From: an uncultured Chloroflexia bacterium
GTDB lineage: Bacteria; Chloroflexota; Limnocylindria; Limnocylindrales; CSP1-4
Assembly: GCA_963763775.1 (NCBI GenBank)
Contig: CAVXPZ010000004.1
Coordinates: 128,001-192,000, forward strand
Direction of reading: 5' to 3'
DNA: 64,000 bases
The notes beneath the pieces were generated by a model, which was not told the origin of the DNA, made no database searches, and saw only the letters and a program-made list of their open reading frames with translations. Shown one piece after another: positions 28,380 to 39,652 of the stretch. Position 1 is the stretch's first letter, and every line of letters starts with the position of its first letter. The translations under genes and the position numbers were made by a program.

Positions 28380-29756
28380 CTAGAGGACGCGCCCCGGGTT
28401 CAGGATCCCGAGGGGATCGAGGGCGGCCTTGATGGCGCGCATCACCCGCATCGCGTCGGGACCGCGCTGCTCCTCGAGCCACGCCCGCTTGGCGATCCCG
28501 ACACCGTGCTCGCCGGTGATGCTGCCGCCGAGCCCGATGGCCGCCCGGTAGAGGTCCGTCCGGACGGCATCGGTCTTGGCCTCGCCCTGCGGGTCGCCGC
28601 GCTCGAGGACGAGGTCCGGGTGCAGGTTGCCGTCGCCGGCGTGCCCGAAGGTGCCCATCTGGACGTCGTGCTTCGCGGCGATCGCCTCGATGGCCCGGAG
28701 CATGTCCGGGACACGCGCCCTGGGCACGCTGACGTCCTCCATCCGGACCTCGCCAAGCCGCTCGAGCGCGTAGTGCGCCATCCGCCGCGCCTGGCGGAGC
28801 CAGTCGGCCTCCTGGGCATCCGCCGCGCGGATCACGTCCGTGGCGCCCGCGATCCGGCAGACCGCCTCGGCGCGGGCCATCTCATCGGTGGCGGCGGCGC
28901 CCGGCATGTCGGACTCGACCATCAGCATCGCGGCCGCCGTGCGGTCCAGGCCGAGGTCGTTCATGTCATCGACCGCGGCGATCGTGAAGCGGTCAAGCAG
29001 CTCCAGCGTCACCGGGGTGAGCCCGGCCGCGGCGATCGCGCTGACGGCATCGCCGGCGCTTTCCAGCGTCGGGAAGAACGCCAGCATCGTGGAACGTGGC
29101 GGCGGCATCGGCCGGAGACGGAGCGTCGCCTCCGTGATGATCCCGAGCGTCCCCTGGCTGCCGATGAGCAGGTGCGTCAGCGAGTACCCGGCGACGTCCT
29201 TCACGTTCTTGCCGCCCGTCCGGATCACGGCCCCGTCGGCCATGACCACCTCGAGCGAGAGGACGGCGTCGCGGGTCTGACCGTACTTGACGCAGCACAG
29301 CCCGCCGGCGTTGGTCCCGAGGTTGCCGCCGATCGAGCAGATCTCGTACGACGCCGGGTCGGGGGCGTAGAACAACCCGTCCTTCGCGACGATGGCCTTC
29401 AGCGCCGCGTTGATGATCCCGGGTTGGACGACGGCGACGAGGTTCGCCGTGTCCACCTCGATGACCTTGTCCATCGAGGTGAAGGCGATCGTCAGCGCCC
29501 CCTCGATGCCGGCCGCGCCGCCCGAGAGGCCGGTCCCGGCGCCACGCGGCACGATCGGCACGCGGTGCTCGGCCGCGAGCCGCACGAGGGTCGCGACCTG
29601 GGCGGTCTCGGTCGGGAGCGCGACGGCACCCGGCAGCTCGCCCCGCAGGTACGCGGTCTCGTCGGTCCGGTACGCCTCGCGGTCCAGCGGGTCCGTGAGG
29701 AGCCGGAGGTCCGGGAGCTGGTGGCGCACGGCCTCGACCAAGGGTCCGATGGTCAT
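28380..29756 (-). CDS. FAD-linked oxidase, glycolate oxidase GlcD-like
   Basis: 'PRGAGTGLSGGA', 'PDPAS...IGGNLGTNAGG', 'KDVAGY', 'GHAGDGNLHP', 'ITGEHGVG'. Confidence 0.88.
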   Translation of the reverse strand: MTIGPLVEAVRHQLPDLRLLTDPLDREAYRTDETAYLRGELPGAVALPTETAQVATLVRLAAEHRVPIVPRGAGTGLSGGAAGIEGALTIAFTSMDKVIEVDTANLVAVVQPGIINAALKAIVAKDGLFYAPDPASYEICSIGGNLGTNAGGLCCVKYGQTRDAVLSLEVVMADGAVIRTGGKNVKDVAGYSLTHLLIGSQGTLGIITEATLRLRPMPPPRSTMLAFFPTLESAGDAVSAIAAAGLTPVTLELLDRFTIAAVDDMNDLGLDRTAAAMLMVESDMPGAAATDEMARAEAVCRIAGATDVIRAADAQEADWLRQARRMAHYALERLGEVRMEDVSVPRARVPDMLRAIEAIAAKHDVQMGTFGHAGDGNLHPDLVLERGDPQGEAKTDAVRTDLYRAAIGLGGSITGEHGVGIAKRAWLEEQRGPDAMRVMRAIKAALDPLGILNPGRVL

Positions 29757-29794
29757 GGCGGCCAGTGTAGGGTGACCGGGGTAGGATTCGCGCC

Positions 29795-31192
29795 ATGCGA
29801 ACCGCCCACGTCGCCGGGCTCGCCCTCGTCGTCGGGCTGGCGATGCTCGGCCTCCCGTCGTCAGCGGTGTCCGCCGCGAGTGCCGCGAGTGCCCCGACCA
29901 CCGCGAGCGCGGTGGTGCCGGCGGCGTCGTCGCCGGTCGGCGTGCGCGACATCGTCGCCGGGTCCGTCGGACGGACCAGCCTGCACCTCACCGCGACGTA
30001 CGACGCCCGCCTGAAGCTGTCCTGGGCACATCACCGGATCCGGGTCGATGCGCGACTGGCTGTGACGAACACGTCGGGCGGCCCGATCGACCGCCTCGAG
30101 CTCAACACGATCGCCGCGCGGCTCGGCGCGATCCAGCTCGACCCGGTCACGGTGGACGGCGTCGCGGTCAAGGCGACGCGCAGCGACCAGACGATCGTGG
30201 TCCCGCTCGGCGGCGTCCTGCCCGACGGCGGCACGACGCAGGTCCGCGTGCGGTTCGGGGCGACGCTGCGGACGAACCTGACCGGCTCGAACTGGCTCTT
30301 CGCGAAGGCCAACGGGATCGCCGACCTGTACCGCTGGCTCCCGTGGGTCAGCCGCAAGACTCGCTTCAGCCGCCCGAACCATGGCGACCCGTTCGTGACG
30401 CCGTCGAGCCCGTCCGTCCGCGTCACGGTGATCACGGATCGCCAGCTCGTGATCGCCACGACGGGCGACCGTGTCAGCGTCAGCGCCGACGGCCTGACCA
30501 AGGTCTACCAGGCGCACGACGTGCGCGACTTCACGGTGACGGCCGCGACCGACTACCGGACGACCGAGCGCCGGGTCGGCGACAACGTCGTGCGAGTCTT
30601 CTACCGTCCCGGGGCGCCGGGCGCCGCGATGCTCGACGCGGCCGCCGATGCCTTCAAGGTCTACGAGGCGAGATTGGGCGCCTACCCCTATCCCGTCTTC
30701 CGAGTCGTCCAGTCGGCCGGGGCGTACGGCATGGAGTCACCGGGGCTCGTCTGGATCCCGACCGGCGCGCCGCGGGCCAACCTCCGCTACCTCGTGGCCC
30801 ACGAGACGGCGCACCAGTGGTTCTACGGCATCGTCGGGAACGACCAGGCGCGCGAGCCGTTCACGGACGAGGCGGCCGCGGACTTCATGGCCCGATACGT
30901 GACGGGCACGAAGCGCGCCAGCCGATGCTCGACGGGACGGCTCGACCTCGACATCTACCACTACACGTCCGCGTGCTACTACGAGCGCGTCTACATCCAG
31001 GGCGGCAACCTGCTGGACACGGCCCGCACGCGCATGGGCTCGGCGGCGTTCTGGGCGGCGCTGCGCGGCTACGTATCGGCGCATCGCTTCGGGCTGACCA
31101 CGACCAAGGCGCTGCTCCAGGCGCTCGACGACGGCACGCCGAAGGATCTTGGCCGCACGCTCTTCGCCCCGCGGTTCCCGCGGATCTACTGA
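29795..31192 (+). CDS. Secreted M1-family (gluzincin) aminopeptidase
   Basis: Signal peptide, 'YGMESPG', 'HETAHQWF' plus downstream E, 'VYIQG'. Confidence 0.85.
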   Translation: MRTAHVAGLALVVGLAMLGLPSSAVSAASAASAPTTASAVVPAASSPVGVRDIVAGSVGRTSLHLTATYDARLKLSWAHHRIRVDARLAVTNTSGGPIDRLELNTIAARLGAIQLDPVTVDGVAVKATRSDQTIVVPLGGVLPDGGTTQVRVRFGATLRTNLTGSNWLFAKANGIADLYRWLPWVSRKTRFSRPNHGDPFVTPSSPSVRVTVITDRQLVIATTGDRVSVSADGLTKVYQAHDVRDFTVTAATDYRTTERRVGDNVVRVFYRPGAPGAAMLDAAADAFKVYEARLGAYPYPVFRVVQSAGAYGMESPGLVWIPTGAPRANLRYLVAHETAHQWFYGIVGNDQAREPFTDEAAADFMARYVTGTKRASRCSTGRLDLDIYHYTSACYYERVYIQGGNLLDTARTRMGSAAFWAALRGYVSAHRFGLTTTKALLQALDDGTPKDLGRTLFAPRFPRIY

Positions 31193-31196
31193 GGGC

Positions 31197-32054
31197 TCAG
31201 CGCTCGCCGTCGGCGAGGCGTCCGTCCGCCGCGAGCGCCTGCGGCATCTGCCGGAACGACGCCGGGAGCCAGGGCCGCCAGGCTCGCCAACCCGCCACGA
31301 GCCAGGCCGAGACCGTGCGCTCGCGGCGACCCCAGCGGAATCCATACGCCTCGCGGACCGACGCCGGGAGCAGCCCGATCGACGGCCACATCGTCCAGTC
31401 GTAGAGCGCGGCCGGGATGGGCAGGCTCGCCGAGACCGCCGGGCAACGGCGGATGCACGATGACCTCGGCAAGCTCGCGCGCGAGCGGCCCGACGCGGAC
31501 CGGGCCGTCCGGCCCGAGCATCCGCTCGAGGTAGCCCTCGAAGGCCGCAAGGTCGGCGGGCAGCATCGCCTCGGGCACGCCGAACGCCCGGCCGACGGGC
31601 CGGGTCTCCGCGTAGAAGGCGGCGCGACGCTCGGGTGAGACAGGCCCGAGCCAGGCGTCGTTGGCGACGATCGTGGCATCGACGAGCGTGGCGTGGACCC
31701 AGAGCGACAGCTCCGGGTCTCGCGCGGCGTAGCCCCGTCCGGTGATCGCCCGATGCAGGGCGTTGAGCCGGCGGATCTCCGCCCGGGCCTCGGGCGCCGA
31801 CCCGTACACGATCGTGAGGAGACTCCGGAGCGTGCCCTGGAGCCGACGCCACGGATCCGCGCGGAAGTCCGAGTGGTCGTCCACGCCCGCGGCGACGGCG
31901 GGGTGCGCGATCTGCATGAGCAGGGCCCGCGGGCCGGCTCCGAGCAGCAGCATCGCCTCGCGGTTCAGCCGCCAGGCCTCGGAGTCGGGGCCGTAGAGGC
32001 CGGCGCGCTCGGTCTGCCCGCGGTCATCCGCGCTGGCGTCGACGACGTATCCAC
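31197..32054 (-). CDS. MpaB/DUF2236 oxygenase-family protein (frameshifts ~31440 and probably ~32020)
   Basis: 'GLYGPDSEAW', 'RALLMQIAHP', 'DHSDFR', 'YAARDPELSLWVHATL'; start uncertain (TATCGT-N6-GTG at 32054). Confidence 0.75.
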
Positions 32055-32089
32055 GGTGGCACGATACGTGAGGCACGAGAGGGACGCCG

Positions 32090-32707
32090 ATGACAGCCAC
32101 GATGACCGCGGAGGCGACGGATCCAGCGACGCGCCGCTGGGGCGCGGACTTCGACCCGGACGAGCTGGCCCGCATCGAGACGCGGATGTGGAAGGCGTAC
32201 TACCGCCGACAGCCCGCCCGCCTCTTCGGGTTGCTCGTCCAGGCGTTGCGGGCGCAGGCGCACGTCGGCTGGCCGCGGGCCCTCGTGGCGAGCCTGCTCC
32301 TGACGCGCGCGGCCGCGGGGTTCGCCAGGGCGTCCGGGGACTACGAGCGGTTCGCCCCCGACATCGGACGGGCCTATCGCCTGCTTGGTCTCCCGAGCTC
32401 CGTGGACGCCGAGGCGGTCGCCCGCCACGAGCTGCGCTGGTGGGTCGTGCGACGCGAGATCGGCCTGGCGGCCGGCGAGGCGGCCGGGTCATCCATCACG
32501 GACCTGTACGCGGCCATCTACGAGGTGCCGCGCGAGCACGTGGCGGAAGCCGGACGACTCCGCGGCCTCGCGGCCGAGGTCCGCGACCGCGGCGCGACGA
32601 GCGACCCCGACGGGCCGACGGGTCGTGGGCTCGAGTATTGGCCGGAGGTCGCCCGCCTGCTGCGAGCGTCGTATCGGAGCCTGCAGGACGCGCTCGCGTC
32701 CGAGTGA
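32090..32707 (+). CDS. Hypothetical protein
   Basis: GAGAGG RBS, coherent GC3 bias, 'ETRMWKAYY...ELRWWVVRR'. Confidence 0.7.
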   Translation: MTATMTAEATDPATRRWGADFDPDELARIETRMWKAYYRRQPARLFGLLVQALRAQAHVGWPRALVASLLLTRAAAGFARASGDYERFAPDIGRAYRLLGLPSSVDAEAVARHELRWWVVRREIGLAAGEAAGSSITDLYAAIYEVPREHVAEAGRLRGLAAEVRDRGATSDPDGPTGRGLEYWPEVARLLRASYRSLQDALASE

Positions 32708-32718
32708 CCGAGGCTCGG

Positions 32719-33357
32719 TCAGCGGCCGTCCGGGCGGCGGCCGATCAACCACCACGCCGTGGGAAAGATGGCCGCGGCGACGAGCAGCTTCCCGGCGTCC
32801 CACAGGAGGAACGGCGTGAGGCCGGCGGCGATCGAGTCGCCCCATGAGAGCCCGGTCGAGAACTTGAGCCACGGGACGCCGATCGCGTAGATCACGACGC
32901 TGCCGAGGGCCATCGCCCCGATCGCGCCGCCGATCCGGCGGTCCCAGCCGAGCTCGGCCAGACGCCCGACGAGCGCCCCCGCGATGACGAAGCCGATGAG
33001 GTACCCGCCCGTGGCGCCCCACAGGACCTCGAGGCCGCCCTTGTGCTCCGCGAAGAACGGCAGCCCGATGGCGCCGAGGAGCACGTAGAGCGAGACCGAG
33101 GCGAACCCGCGCCGGAAGCCGAGCGCGCACCCGGCGACGAGGACGCCGAAGGTCTGGCCGGTCCACGGGACGGGCTCGTTCGGGATGACGACGAGGGCCG
33201 TCAGGTAGATGAAGAACGCGCCGGCCACGATGAGGACGGCGTGGCGGAGCCGGGTATCGGTCCGCTCGGCGAGCGGGATCGGGACGAGGAAATCGGCAAG
33301 CGTCAGACCGCGGTCGGCGGCGTTGCTCCGATCGAGTCTCGGGAGGGCGATGGTCAT
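32719..33357 (-). CDS. bioY: Biotin transporter BioY
   Basis: 'PVPWTGQTFGVL', 'GAIGLPFFA', 'ATGGYLIGF'. Confidence 0.92.
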   Translation of the reverse strand: MTIALPRLDRSNAADRGLTLADFLVPIPLAERTDTRLRHAVLIVAGAFFIYLTALVVIPNEPVPWTGQTFGVLVAGCALGFRRGFASVSLYVLLGAIGLPFFAEHKGGLEVLWGATGGYLIGFVIAGALVGRLAELGWDRRIGGAIGAMALGSVVIYAIGVPWLKFSTGLSWGDSIAAGLTPFLLWDAGKLLVAAAIFPTAWWLIGRRPDGR

Positions 33358-33420
33358 CGAGGCTCCGTCGGTTGGGGGGTCGCCTGGGGTCGCGACCGAC
33401 CGCCCGAGTCTAGCATCCGC

Positions 33421-35949
33421 TCACTCGTAGGCGACGGCGTTCGGGATGGAGATCCGTGCGGCGATCCTGGCCGGGTAGGCGGCCGCGAGCATCGCGAGCG
33501 CCACGCTCAGGACCACCGCGAGCGCCACGCTCGCCCATGGCACCGAATCGGCGACGGTCAGCCGCCCGCCCGCGAGCACGATCATCAGCGCCCCCGCCGC
33601 GAGACCGGTGAGGACGCCGAGGAGGGCGCCCGCCACGCCGATGACGCCCGCCTCGACCACGACGGACCGCCAGACCTGGCGGCGGGTCATCCCGGCGGCC
33701 CGGAGGATCCCGATCTCGCGGACGCGCTCCATGACGTTCATGGTGAGCGTGTTCGCGATGCCCAGCGCGGCGACGATGACCGCCACGAAGGCGAGCGCGT
33801 CGAACAGCCCGAAGACGCGACCGACGGCGTCGTCGATCGCGCCGCGCAACCGGTCGAGCGTGACCACGTCGAGCGCGTCGAGCGTCGTGACGCCCTTGAG
33901 GTCGTCGGTCACGCTGGCCGGGGCCCCGGTCTCGAACCGGATCGCGAACGCGTCCGCCCCGGCCACACCGAAGTGGCCCGTGGCGTCGCTCCAGCCCACG
34001 ATGACGGCCTCGCCGTTCCGCCCTGGGAAGGTCCGCTCGGCGATGGCGACGATCTGCAGTGGGATGGACCCGCCCTCGGCGGTCGCGACCTGGAGCGAGT
34101 CGGCCGTCGTGAGCCCGAGCCGATCGGCCATCGCCTGCGGGATGATCGCGGCGCCACCGCGATCCAGCGCCTCGAAGGCGGCGGCCCGGTCGCCGCTGAC
34201 CATCGTCAGGCGGCCGTCCGCGGCGAGGTCCGACCCGACCATCGCGGCCCCGTCGGTGGCCACGCCGTCGATCGCCAGGTCGAATGTCGCGATGGGACTG
34301 ACCCTCGCCACGCCGTGGACGGCCGCGAGGTCCGCGGCGACGCCCTCGTCGGGCGCCACCGGCCGGATCGACGTCGCGACGACGTCGCCCGGCACGACGG
34401 CCGCGACCCAGGCGCTGGCGGCGGCGCGTGCCTGCTGGCCGACGCTGCCGAGCGCCACCACGAGCGCGAGGCCGACCGTCAGCGCCCCGACGGTGAGGGT
34501 CGCCCGGCTGCGATCGCGGACGAGCGTCGCGCGGGCGATCCGCTCTTCGAGCCCGAGCGGGAGGCGGAACGGGAGCCCGCCGATCCTCGCGAGGGCCGGG
34601 ATGAGGAACGGGATCAGGAGCGTGGCGACCAGCAGGACGCCGTAGACGGCCAGGGCCCGGAGCGCGCCGGCCGCGCCGCTCGCCCCGCCGGTCCACGGCC
34701 ACAGGACGAGGCCGATGGCCGCCACGCCCAGGAGCACGGCCGCGAGCCACCGGACGCGGGCACCGCGCCCGGTCGAGGGCTCGAGCCGCGCCTTGAGGGC
34801 GTCGACCGGCGGGATCCGTGCGGCCCGCCGGGCCGGCTCGAGCGCGGCGGCGATGGTCACGACCAGGCCGACGACCATCGAGATCACGGCGGCGCTCACC
34901 GGCAGCGTCGGCGTCTCGAGGGTCACGGAGCCGATCGTCCGGAGGTACGCCACCATGCCTGCCGCGAGCAGCCCGCCGAGCAGCAGACCGAGTGCCGAAC
35001 CGACGACGCCGATCACGAGGGCCTGGGCCAGGACGACCGTCCGAACCTGCGCGCGCGTCGCGCCCGCGGCCCGCAGGAGGCCGACTTCGCGGACGCGCTC
35101 GATGACCGTCATCGAGAGCGTGTTGAGGATGAGGAAAGCGCCCGCGAAGAGCGCGATCGCGGCGATGAGGGCCGTCGTCGCCGAGACCTCGGCCGTGGAC
35201 GCCCGCAGGGTCGCAGCGAGCGCGGCCGGGGTCTGGACCGTGTACGGCTCGATGAGGAGTCGTGACTCGAAGGCGCGCGCGACGGCCTCCGGGTCGGCAC
35301 CGGCTGCCACGCCGACATCCACTCGCGTGACGCCCGGATCGTCGAAGACGGCCTGGGCCGTCTTCAGCGGCACGATCACCGTGCGTGTCGCGGCGCTTCC
35401 CAGGGGCCCGTCGCCGGCGAGGATGCCGACGACGCGGTACTCCCCGGGGTCGCCGGCACCGAACACGGTGATGGTCGAGCCGATCGCCAGGTCGTCGTCC
35501 GCAGCCAGCTGCTCGGTCACCAGGGCATCCGGCGCCTGCGCCGAGGCGAGCGCCACGCCCGACCGGAGCGGCCAGTCGTGCAGCCGCGGTTCGGCGGCGG
35601 GATCGACCCCGAGCACCGTGACGGGCGGCGGCAAGCCACCCGCCGAGGTGATCGCGCCGAGGTAGGTCCGCCGCTCGAGGGCCGGCGCCACGATGGCGAC
35701 GCCCGGCGTGGCGACGATCGCGTCGAGCGTCTCGCGACCGAGGCCGGTCTCCCCGAACGCGGCGACGCGCAGGTCGGCCCGCCCGAGCAGGTCGCCGGCG
35801 GTGCGCTCCGCGGACGCCTCGATGCCGGCATTCGTCGCGAGGCCGGCGAAGAGCACGCCGACGCCGAGGGCGACGCCGACCATCGTCAGGGCCGTCCGGA
35901 ACGGTCGCGCCCGCAGGGTCCGCCAGGCGAGGCCGGTCAGCCCGCGCAT
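33421..35949 (-). CDS. FtsX/MacB-like ABC permease (two FtsX domains)
   Basis: 'NTLSMTVIERVREVGLLRAAG' and 'NTLTMNVMERVREIGILRAAG'. Confidence 0.9.
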   Translation of the reverse strand: MRGLTGLAWRTLRARPFRTALTMVGVALGVGVLFAGLATNAGIEASAERTAGDLLGRADLRVAAFGETGLGRETLDAIVATPGVAIVAPALERRTYLGAITSAGGLPPPVTVLGVDPAAEPRLHDWPLRSGVALASAQAPDALVTEQLAADDDLAIGSTITVFGAGDPGEYRVVGILAGDGPLGSAATRTVIVPLKTAQAVFDDPGVTRVDVGVAAGADPEAVARAFESRLLIEPYTVQTPAALAATLRASTAEVSATTALIAAIALFAGAFLILNTLSMTVIERVREVGLLRAAGATRAQVRTVVLAQALVIGVVGSALGLLLGGLLAAGMVAYLRTIGSVTLETPTLPVSAAVISMVVGLVVTIAAALEPARRAARIPPVDALKARLEPSTGRGARVRWLAAVLLGVAAIGLVLWPWTGGASGAAGALRALAVYGVLLVATLLIPFLIPALARIGGLPFRLPLGLEERIARATLVRDRSRATLTVGALTVGLALVVALGSVGQQARAAASAWVAAVVPGDVVATSIRPVAPDEGVAADLAAVHGVARVSPIATFDLAIDGVATDGAAMVGSDLAADGRLTMVSGDRAAAFEALDRGGAAIIPQAMADRLGLTTADSLQVATAEGGSIPLQIVAIAERTFPGRNGEAVIVGWSDATGHFGVAGADAFAIRFETGAPASVTDDLKGVTTLDALDVVTLDRLRGAIDDAVGRVFGLFDALAFVAVIVAALGIANTLTMNVMERVREIGILRAAGMTRRQVWRSVVVEAGVIGVAGALLGVLTGLAAGALMIVLAGGRLTVADSVPWASVALAVVLSVALAMLAAAYPARIAARISIPNAVAYE

Positions 35950-35963
35950 CGCCGGCGGTTCGC

Positions 35964-36716
35964 CTAGAGCCCGAGCTGGGCGAGGCGGGCGATGAGCGGG
36001 CCGGCGTCGTGGGACGTGCGGCGCCCGAGCACGATCGTGTCCTGGATCCGCCCGTCACCGATGACCAGCACCCGGTCCGCGTACGCGGCGGCCTTCGAAT
36101 CGTGGGTGACGAGCACGACGGTCTGGTGCCGGTCCACGCACGAGCGCCACAGGGCATCGAGGATCTCCGAGCCGCTGGCGTAATCGAGGTTGCCGGTCGG
36201 CTCGTCGGCGAACAGGAGCGCCGGACGGGTGACGAGGGCGCGCGCGACCGCGACGCGCTGTTGCTCGCCGACCGACAGCTGGTCCGGCTTGTGGCGCGCC
36301 TTGGCGCTGAGGTCCACGAGCTCGATGACGTCGCGGATGCGGTCGCGCAGGTCCCCGCGCGACGGGTCGGCGCCGGCGATCGTGAACGGCAGGGCCACGT
36401 TCTCGGTCACGTCGAGGAGGGGGATCAGGTTGAAGGACTGGAAGACGAAGCCGGTGCGGTCCCGTCGGAGTCTCGTGGCGGATTCGTCGGACATGGCACT
36501 GATCGTCTCGCCCTGGAGGATGACCTCACCCGACGTCGGCTGGTCCAGGCCGCCGAGCAGCTGGAGGAGCGTCGACTTGCCGGAGCCCGACGGGCCCATC
36601 AGCGCCACGAACTCCCCCGCCGCCACCTCCAGCGAGACGCCCCGGAGCGCTTCGACCGTCGTCTCGCCCATCGGGTAGGTCTTGACGAGGTCGCGTGCCT
36701 CGAGGATGGCCGCCAT
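35964..36716 (-). CDS. LolD/MacB-like ABC ATPase
   Basis: 'GPSGSGKS', 'GFVFQSFNL', 'ADEPTGNLD'; own ATG at 36716 with TACACT 7 nt upstream. Confidence 0.92.
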   Translation of the reverse strand: MAAILEARDLVKTYPMGETTVEALRGVSLEVAAGEFVALMGPSGSGKSTLLQLLGGLDQPTSGEVILQGETISAMSDESATRLRRDRTGFVFQSFNLIPLLDVTENVALPFTIAGADPSRGDLRDRIRDVIELVDLSAKARHKPDQLSVGEQQRVAVARALVTRPALLFADEPTGNLDYASGSEILDALWRSCVDRHQTVVLVTHDSKAAAYADRVLVIGDGRIQDTIVLGRRTSHDAGPLIARLAQLGL

Positions 36717-36790
36717 GGCCGCCAGTGTATCCGGCGAACATGCGGTGACGGGCGGTGTCCGTCCGACGGCGATCCCGCGGACGGGTTCGC

Positions 36791-37703
36791 TCAGCCCCCG
36801 AAGACGGGCGTGGTCACCCCGCCGACCAGGGTCTCCAGGAGCCCGGGCGGCGAGCCGCCGTCCATGACGCGGAGACCGTGCGGCGCCTCGGCGGCGGGCT
36901 GACTCGGCGCCGACCGGCGTCGCACTCGGCGATGGCGACGCGGTCGGCGGGGCCGTGGCGTCGCCCGGGACGGCGTCGGTGGAGGGCTCGGCGCGATCGA
37001 TCGTGGGCGGGACGATCAGCTCGGGCGTCGGCTCGGGCGTCGGCCTCGGCGTGGCGCGCGGACGTGGCTTCGGTGTGGCCTTCGGTCGCTCGACGGGCTT
37101 CGGTCGAGGCTTCGAGGTGGACCGCGGCTTCGGCTTGGTGGTGGCCTTCGAGGTCGTGCTCCCGCACTTGTCCGCGAAGAGCACCGTGTACATCTTCTTG
37201 CCGTCCGCGCCCTTGTAGGCGCCGACGCCGATCACGTCCCAGGCCTTGCCGAGGATGTTGGACCGGTGCCCGCTGGAGGCCATGAACATCTGCTGGATGC
37301 GCGCGGTGGCGGTGCTGTCGCCCTCGTTGTTCCAGCCGATGTTCTCGCCGGCCAGGTTGTAGCAGTACCCCTCGGCGGACATCTTCTTGAAGACGTTCCC
37401 GTAGCCCGGGATGGAGTGGCTGAAGTAGTCGCGGTTGATCATGTCCTTGCTGCGCCAGCGGGCGATCGACGTCAGCGTCGAGGAGATCTTGAGCGCCTTG
37501 CGCCCGGCCGCTGCCCGACTCTGGTTCGTGAGCGCGATCAGGTCGTGCTCGGCACTCGAGCTGAACGAGCCGTCCGCCCAGGCGAAGGCCGTCGAGGGCT
37601 GCGCGAGGGTCGCCACGGCGGTCGCGGCGAACGCGACGGCGACGACCAGGGCGAGCCGGCGGGGCAGCCTGCCGCCGGATGGGGCGGTGTGGGCGAGAGA
37701 CAT
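36791..37703 (-). CDS. Secreted CAP/SCP-domain protein with Pro/Lys-rich linker (frameshift ~36890)
   Basis: Signal peptide, 'SKDMINRDYFSH', 'AGENIG', 'MASSGHRSNIL'; probable true end '...GGVTTPVFGG*' at 36791. Confidence 0.8.
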
Positions 37704-37896
37704 CCGGGTGCGCGCGCTCCAGCGATGTCACCGGGCGGGGCGTCCGGCGTGGCCGCCAACGTAGGCGCCGAGGCACGCCCGGGTCCCCGGCCCCATGGTC
37801 CCGACGCCCGTGGGTCGGTCGTACCGGGGTGGTCGAGTGGGCTGGGATGCGGTCCGGACGGGTTCGGGAGCGTCCGGTGCGGTCGACCGGCCCGGG

Positions 37897-39576
37897 TCAG
37901 GTCCCCGGGTCGGCTTCGCTCGAGGCCAGCGTCGAGGTCACGAGCGCCTGGGCCTCCTCGATCAACCGCTCCAGGTGCGCCTCGCCGCGGAAGCTCTCGG
38001 CGTAGACCTTGTACACGTTCTCCGTGCCCGACGGGCGCGCCGCGAACCAGCCCTCGTCGGTCGTGACCTTGAGGCCGCCGATCGCCGCCCCATTGCCGGG
38101 CGCCGTCGTGAGGATGGCGGTGATCGGATCGCCGGCGAGGGTCGTGGCCTGGACCGCCTCGGGCGTCAACCTGGCCAGGACGGCCTTCTGCGCCGGGGAC
38201 GCGGGCGCGTCGATGCGGCGATACGCGGGCGACCCGTAGCGTTCCGTCAGGGTCGCATAGGCCTGACCGGGATCGCGTCCCGTCGTCGCCGTCAGCTCGC
38301 ACGCGAGCAGGTCCGCGATGATCCCGTCCTTGTCCGTCGTCCAGACCGAGCCGTCCCGCCGCAGGAACGACGCGCCGGCACTCTCCTCGCCGCCGAACCC
38401 GATCGACCCGTCGACCAGGCCCGCCACGAACCACTTGAACCCGACGGGAACCTCGACGAGCCGGCGGCCGAGACCCGCGACGACGCGGTCGATCATGCTC
38501 GAGGAGACGAGCGTCTTGCCGACGCCGACCTCGCTCCCCCACCCTCGGGCGCCGCCGAACAGGTACTCGATGGCCGCCGAGAGCACGTGGTTGGGGTTGA
38601 GGAGCCCGGCGCCCGGTGTGACCACGCCATGGCGGTCGGCGTCCGCGTCGTTGCCGAGGGCGATGTCGAATCGGTCGCGGAGGGCGACGAGCCGGGCCAT
38701 CGCGAACGGCGACGACGGGTCCATGCGGATCTTGCCGTCCCAGTCGAGGGTCATGAACCCGAAGGCCGGGTCCACGGTCTCGTTGGTCACGGTGAGGGCC
38801 AGGCCGTAGCGCTCGGCGATCGCACCCCAGTAGGCGACCGACGCCCCGCCCATCGGGTCCACGCCGATGCGGAGCCCGGATGCCGCGATGGCGGCCATGT
38901 CGACCACCGACGCCAGGTCCTCGACGTACGCGGCCAGGAAATCGTGACCCGCGGCCGCCGCCCGCGCTTCGTCGGCGGGGACGCGATCGATCCCGTCGAC
39001 GCCATCAGCGCCGGACGCCTCGAGGATCCGGTTCGCCTCGTCCTCGATCCAGCGGGTCACGTCCGTGTCGGCCGGCCCGCCGTTCGGCGGGTTGTACTTG
39101 AAGCCGCCGTCGTCGGGCGGGTTGTGCGACGGCGTCACCACGATCCCGTCGGCCAGACCGGCATGGTCTGGGCGGTCGCGGTTCGCGACGATGATGGCGT
39201 GGGAGACGGCCGGCGTCGGGGTGAACCCGTCGCGGGCATCCACCCGCACGTCGACGCCGTTCGCGACCAGCACCTCGAGCGCCGTCCGCTGGGCCGGCTC
39301 TGACAGCGCGTGCGTGTCCTTGCCCATGAACAGCGGTCCCGTGTAGCCCTGCGCCGAGCGGTAGCGGCAGATGGCTTCGGTGATGGCGAGGATGTGGGCC
39401 TCGTTGAAGGCCGCGCGGAACGCGGACCCGCGGTGTCCCGAGGTGCCGAACGCCACACGCTGGGCCGGGTCCGCAGGGTCCGGCCGGATGTCGTGATACG
39501 CCGCGATCAGCGCATCGACATCGACGAGGCCGGCCGGGTCCGCCGGCAGCCCGGCTCCTTCGTGCGACACCACCAT
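37897..39576 (-). CDS. pgm: Phosphoglucomutase
   Basis: 'FGTSGHRGS', 'TPSHNPP', 'NDADADRHG', 'GGEESAG', 'RPSGTE'. Confidence 0.96.
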   Translation of the reverse strand: MVVSHEGAGLPADPAGLVDVDALIAAYHDIRPDPADPAQRVAFGTSGHRGSAFRAAFNEAHILAITEAICRYRSAQGYTGPLFMGKDTHALSEPAQRTALEVLVANGVDVRVDARDGFTPTPAVSHAIIVANRDRPDHAGLADGIVVTPSHNPPDDGGFKYNPPNGGPADTDVTRWIEDEANRILEASGADGVDGIDRVPADEARAAAAGHDFLAAYVEDLASVVDMAAIAASGLRIGVDPMGGASVAYWGAIAERYGLALTVTNETVDPAFGFMTLDWDGKIRMDPSSPFAMARLVALRDRFDIALGNDADADRHGVVTPGAGLLNPNHVLSAAIEYLFGGARGWGSEVGVGKTLVSSSMIDRVVAGLGRRLVEVPVGFKWFVAGLVDGSIGFGGEESAGASFLRRDGSVWTTDKDGIIADLLACELTATTGRDPGQAYATLTERYGSPAYRRIDAPASPAQKAVLARLTPEAVQATTLAGDPITAILTTAPGNGAAIGGLKVTTDEGWFAARPSGTENVYKVYAESFRGEAHLERLIEEAQALVTSTLASSEADPGT

Positions 39577-39652
39577 CGGATGCTCCTCGTCGGGGCCGTC
39601 AACGGATGGCGTCAGTATGCCGGGCACGGGACCGGCCGGCCCGAGGATCCGG

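Noticed and set aside
37020-37150. Repetitive GGCTTCGG/GGCGTCGG tract
   Set aside because: Codes for the Pro/Lys/Thr-rich linker of the CAP protein.
35964-37703. Apparent CAP-domain/ABC-ATPase fusion (579-aa ORF)
   Set aside because: A frameshift near 36890 hides the CAP stop at 36791, and the ATPase has its own TACACT-N7-ATG start at 36716.
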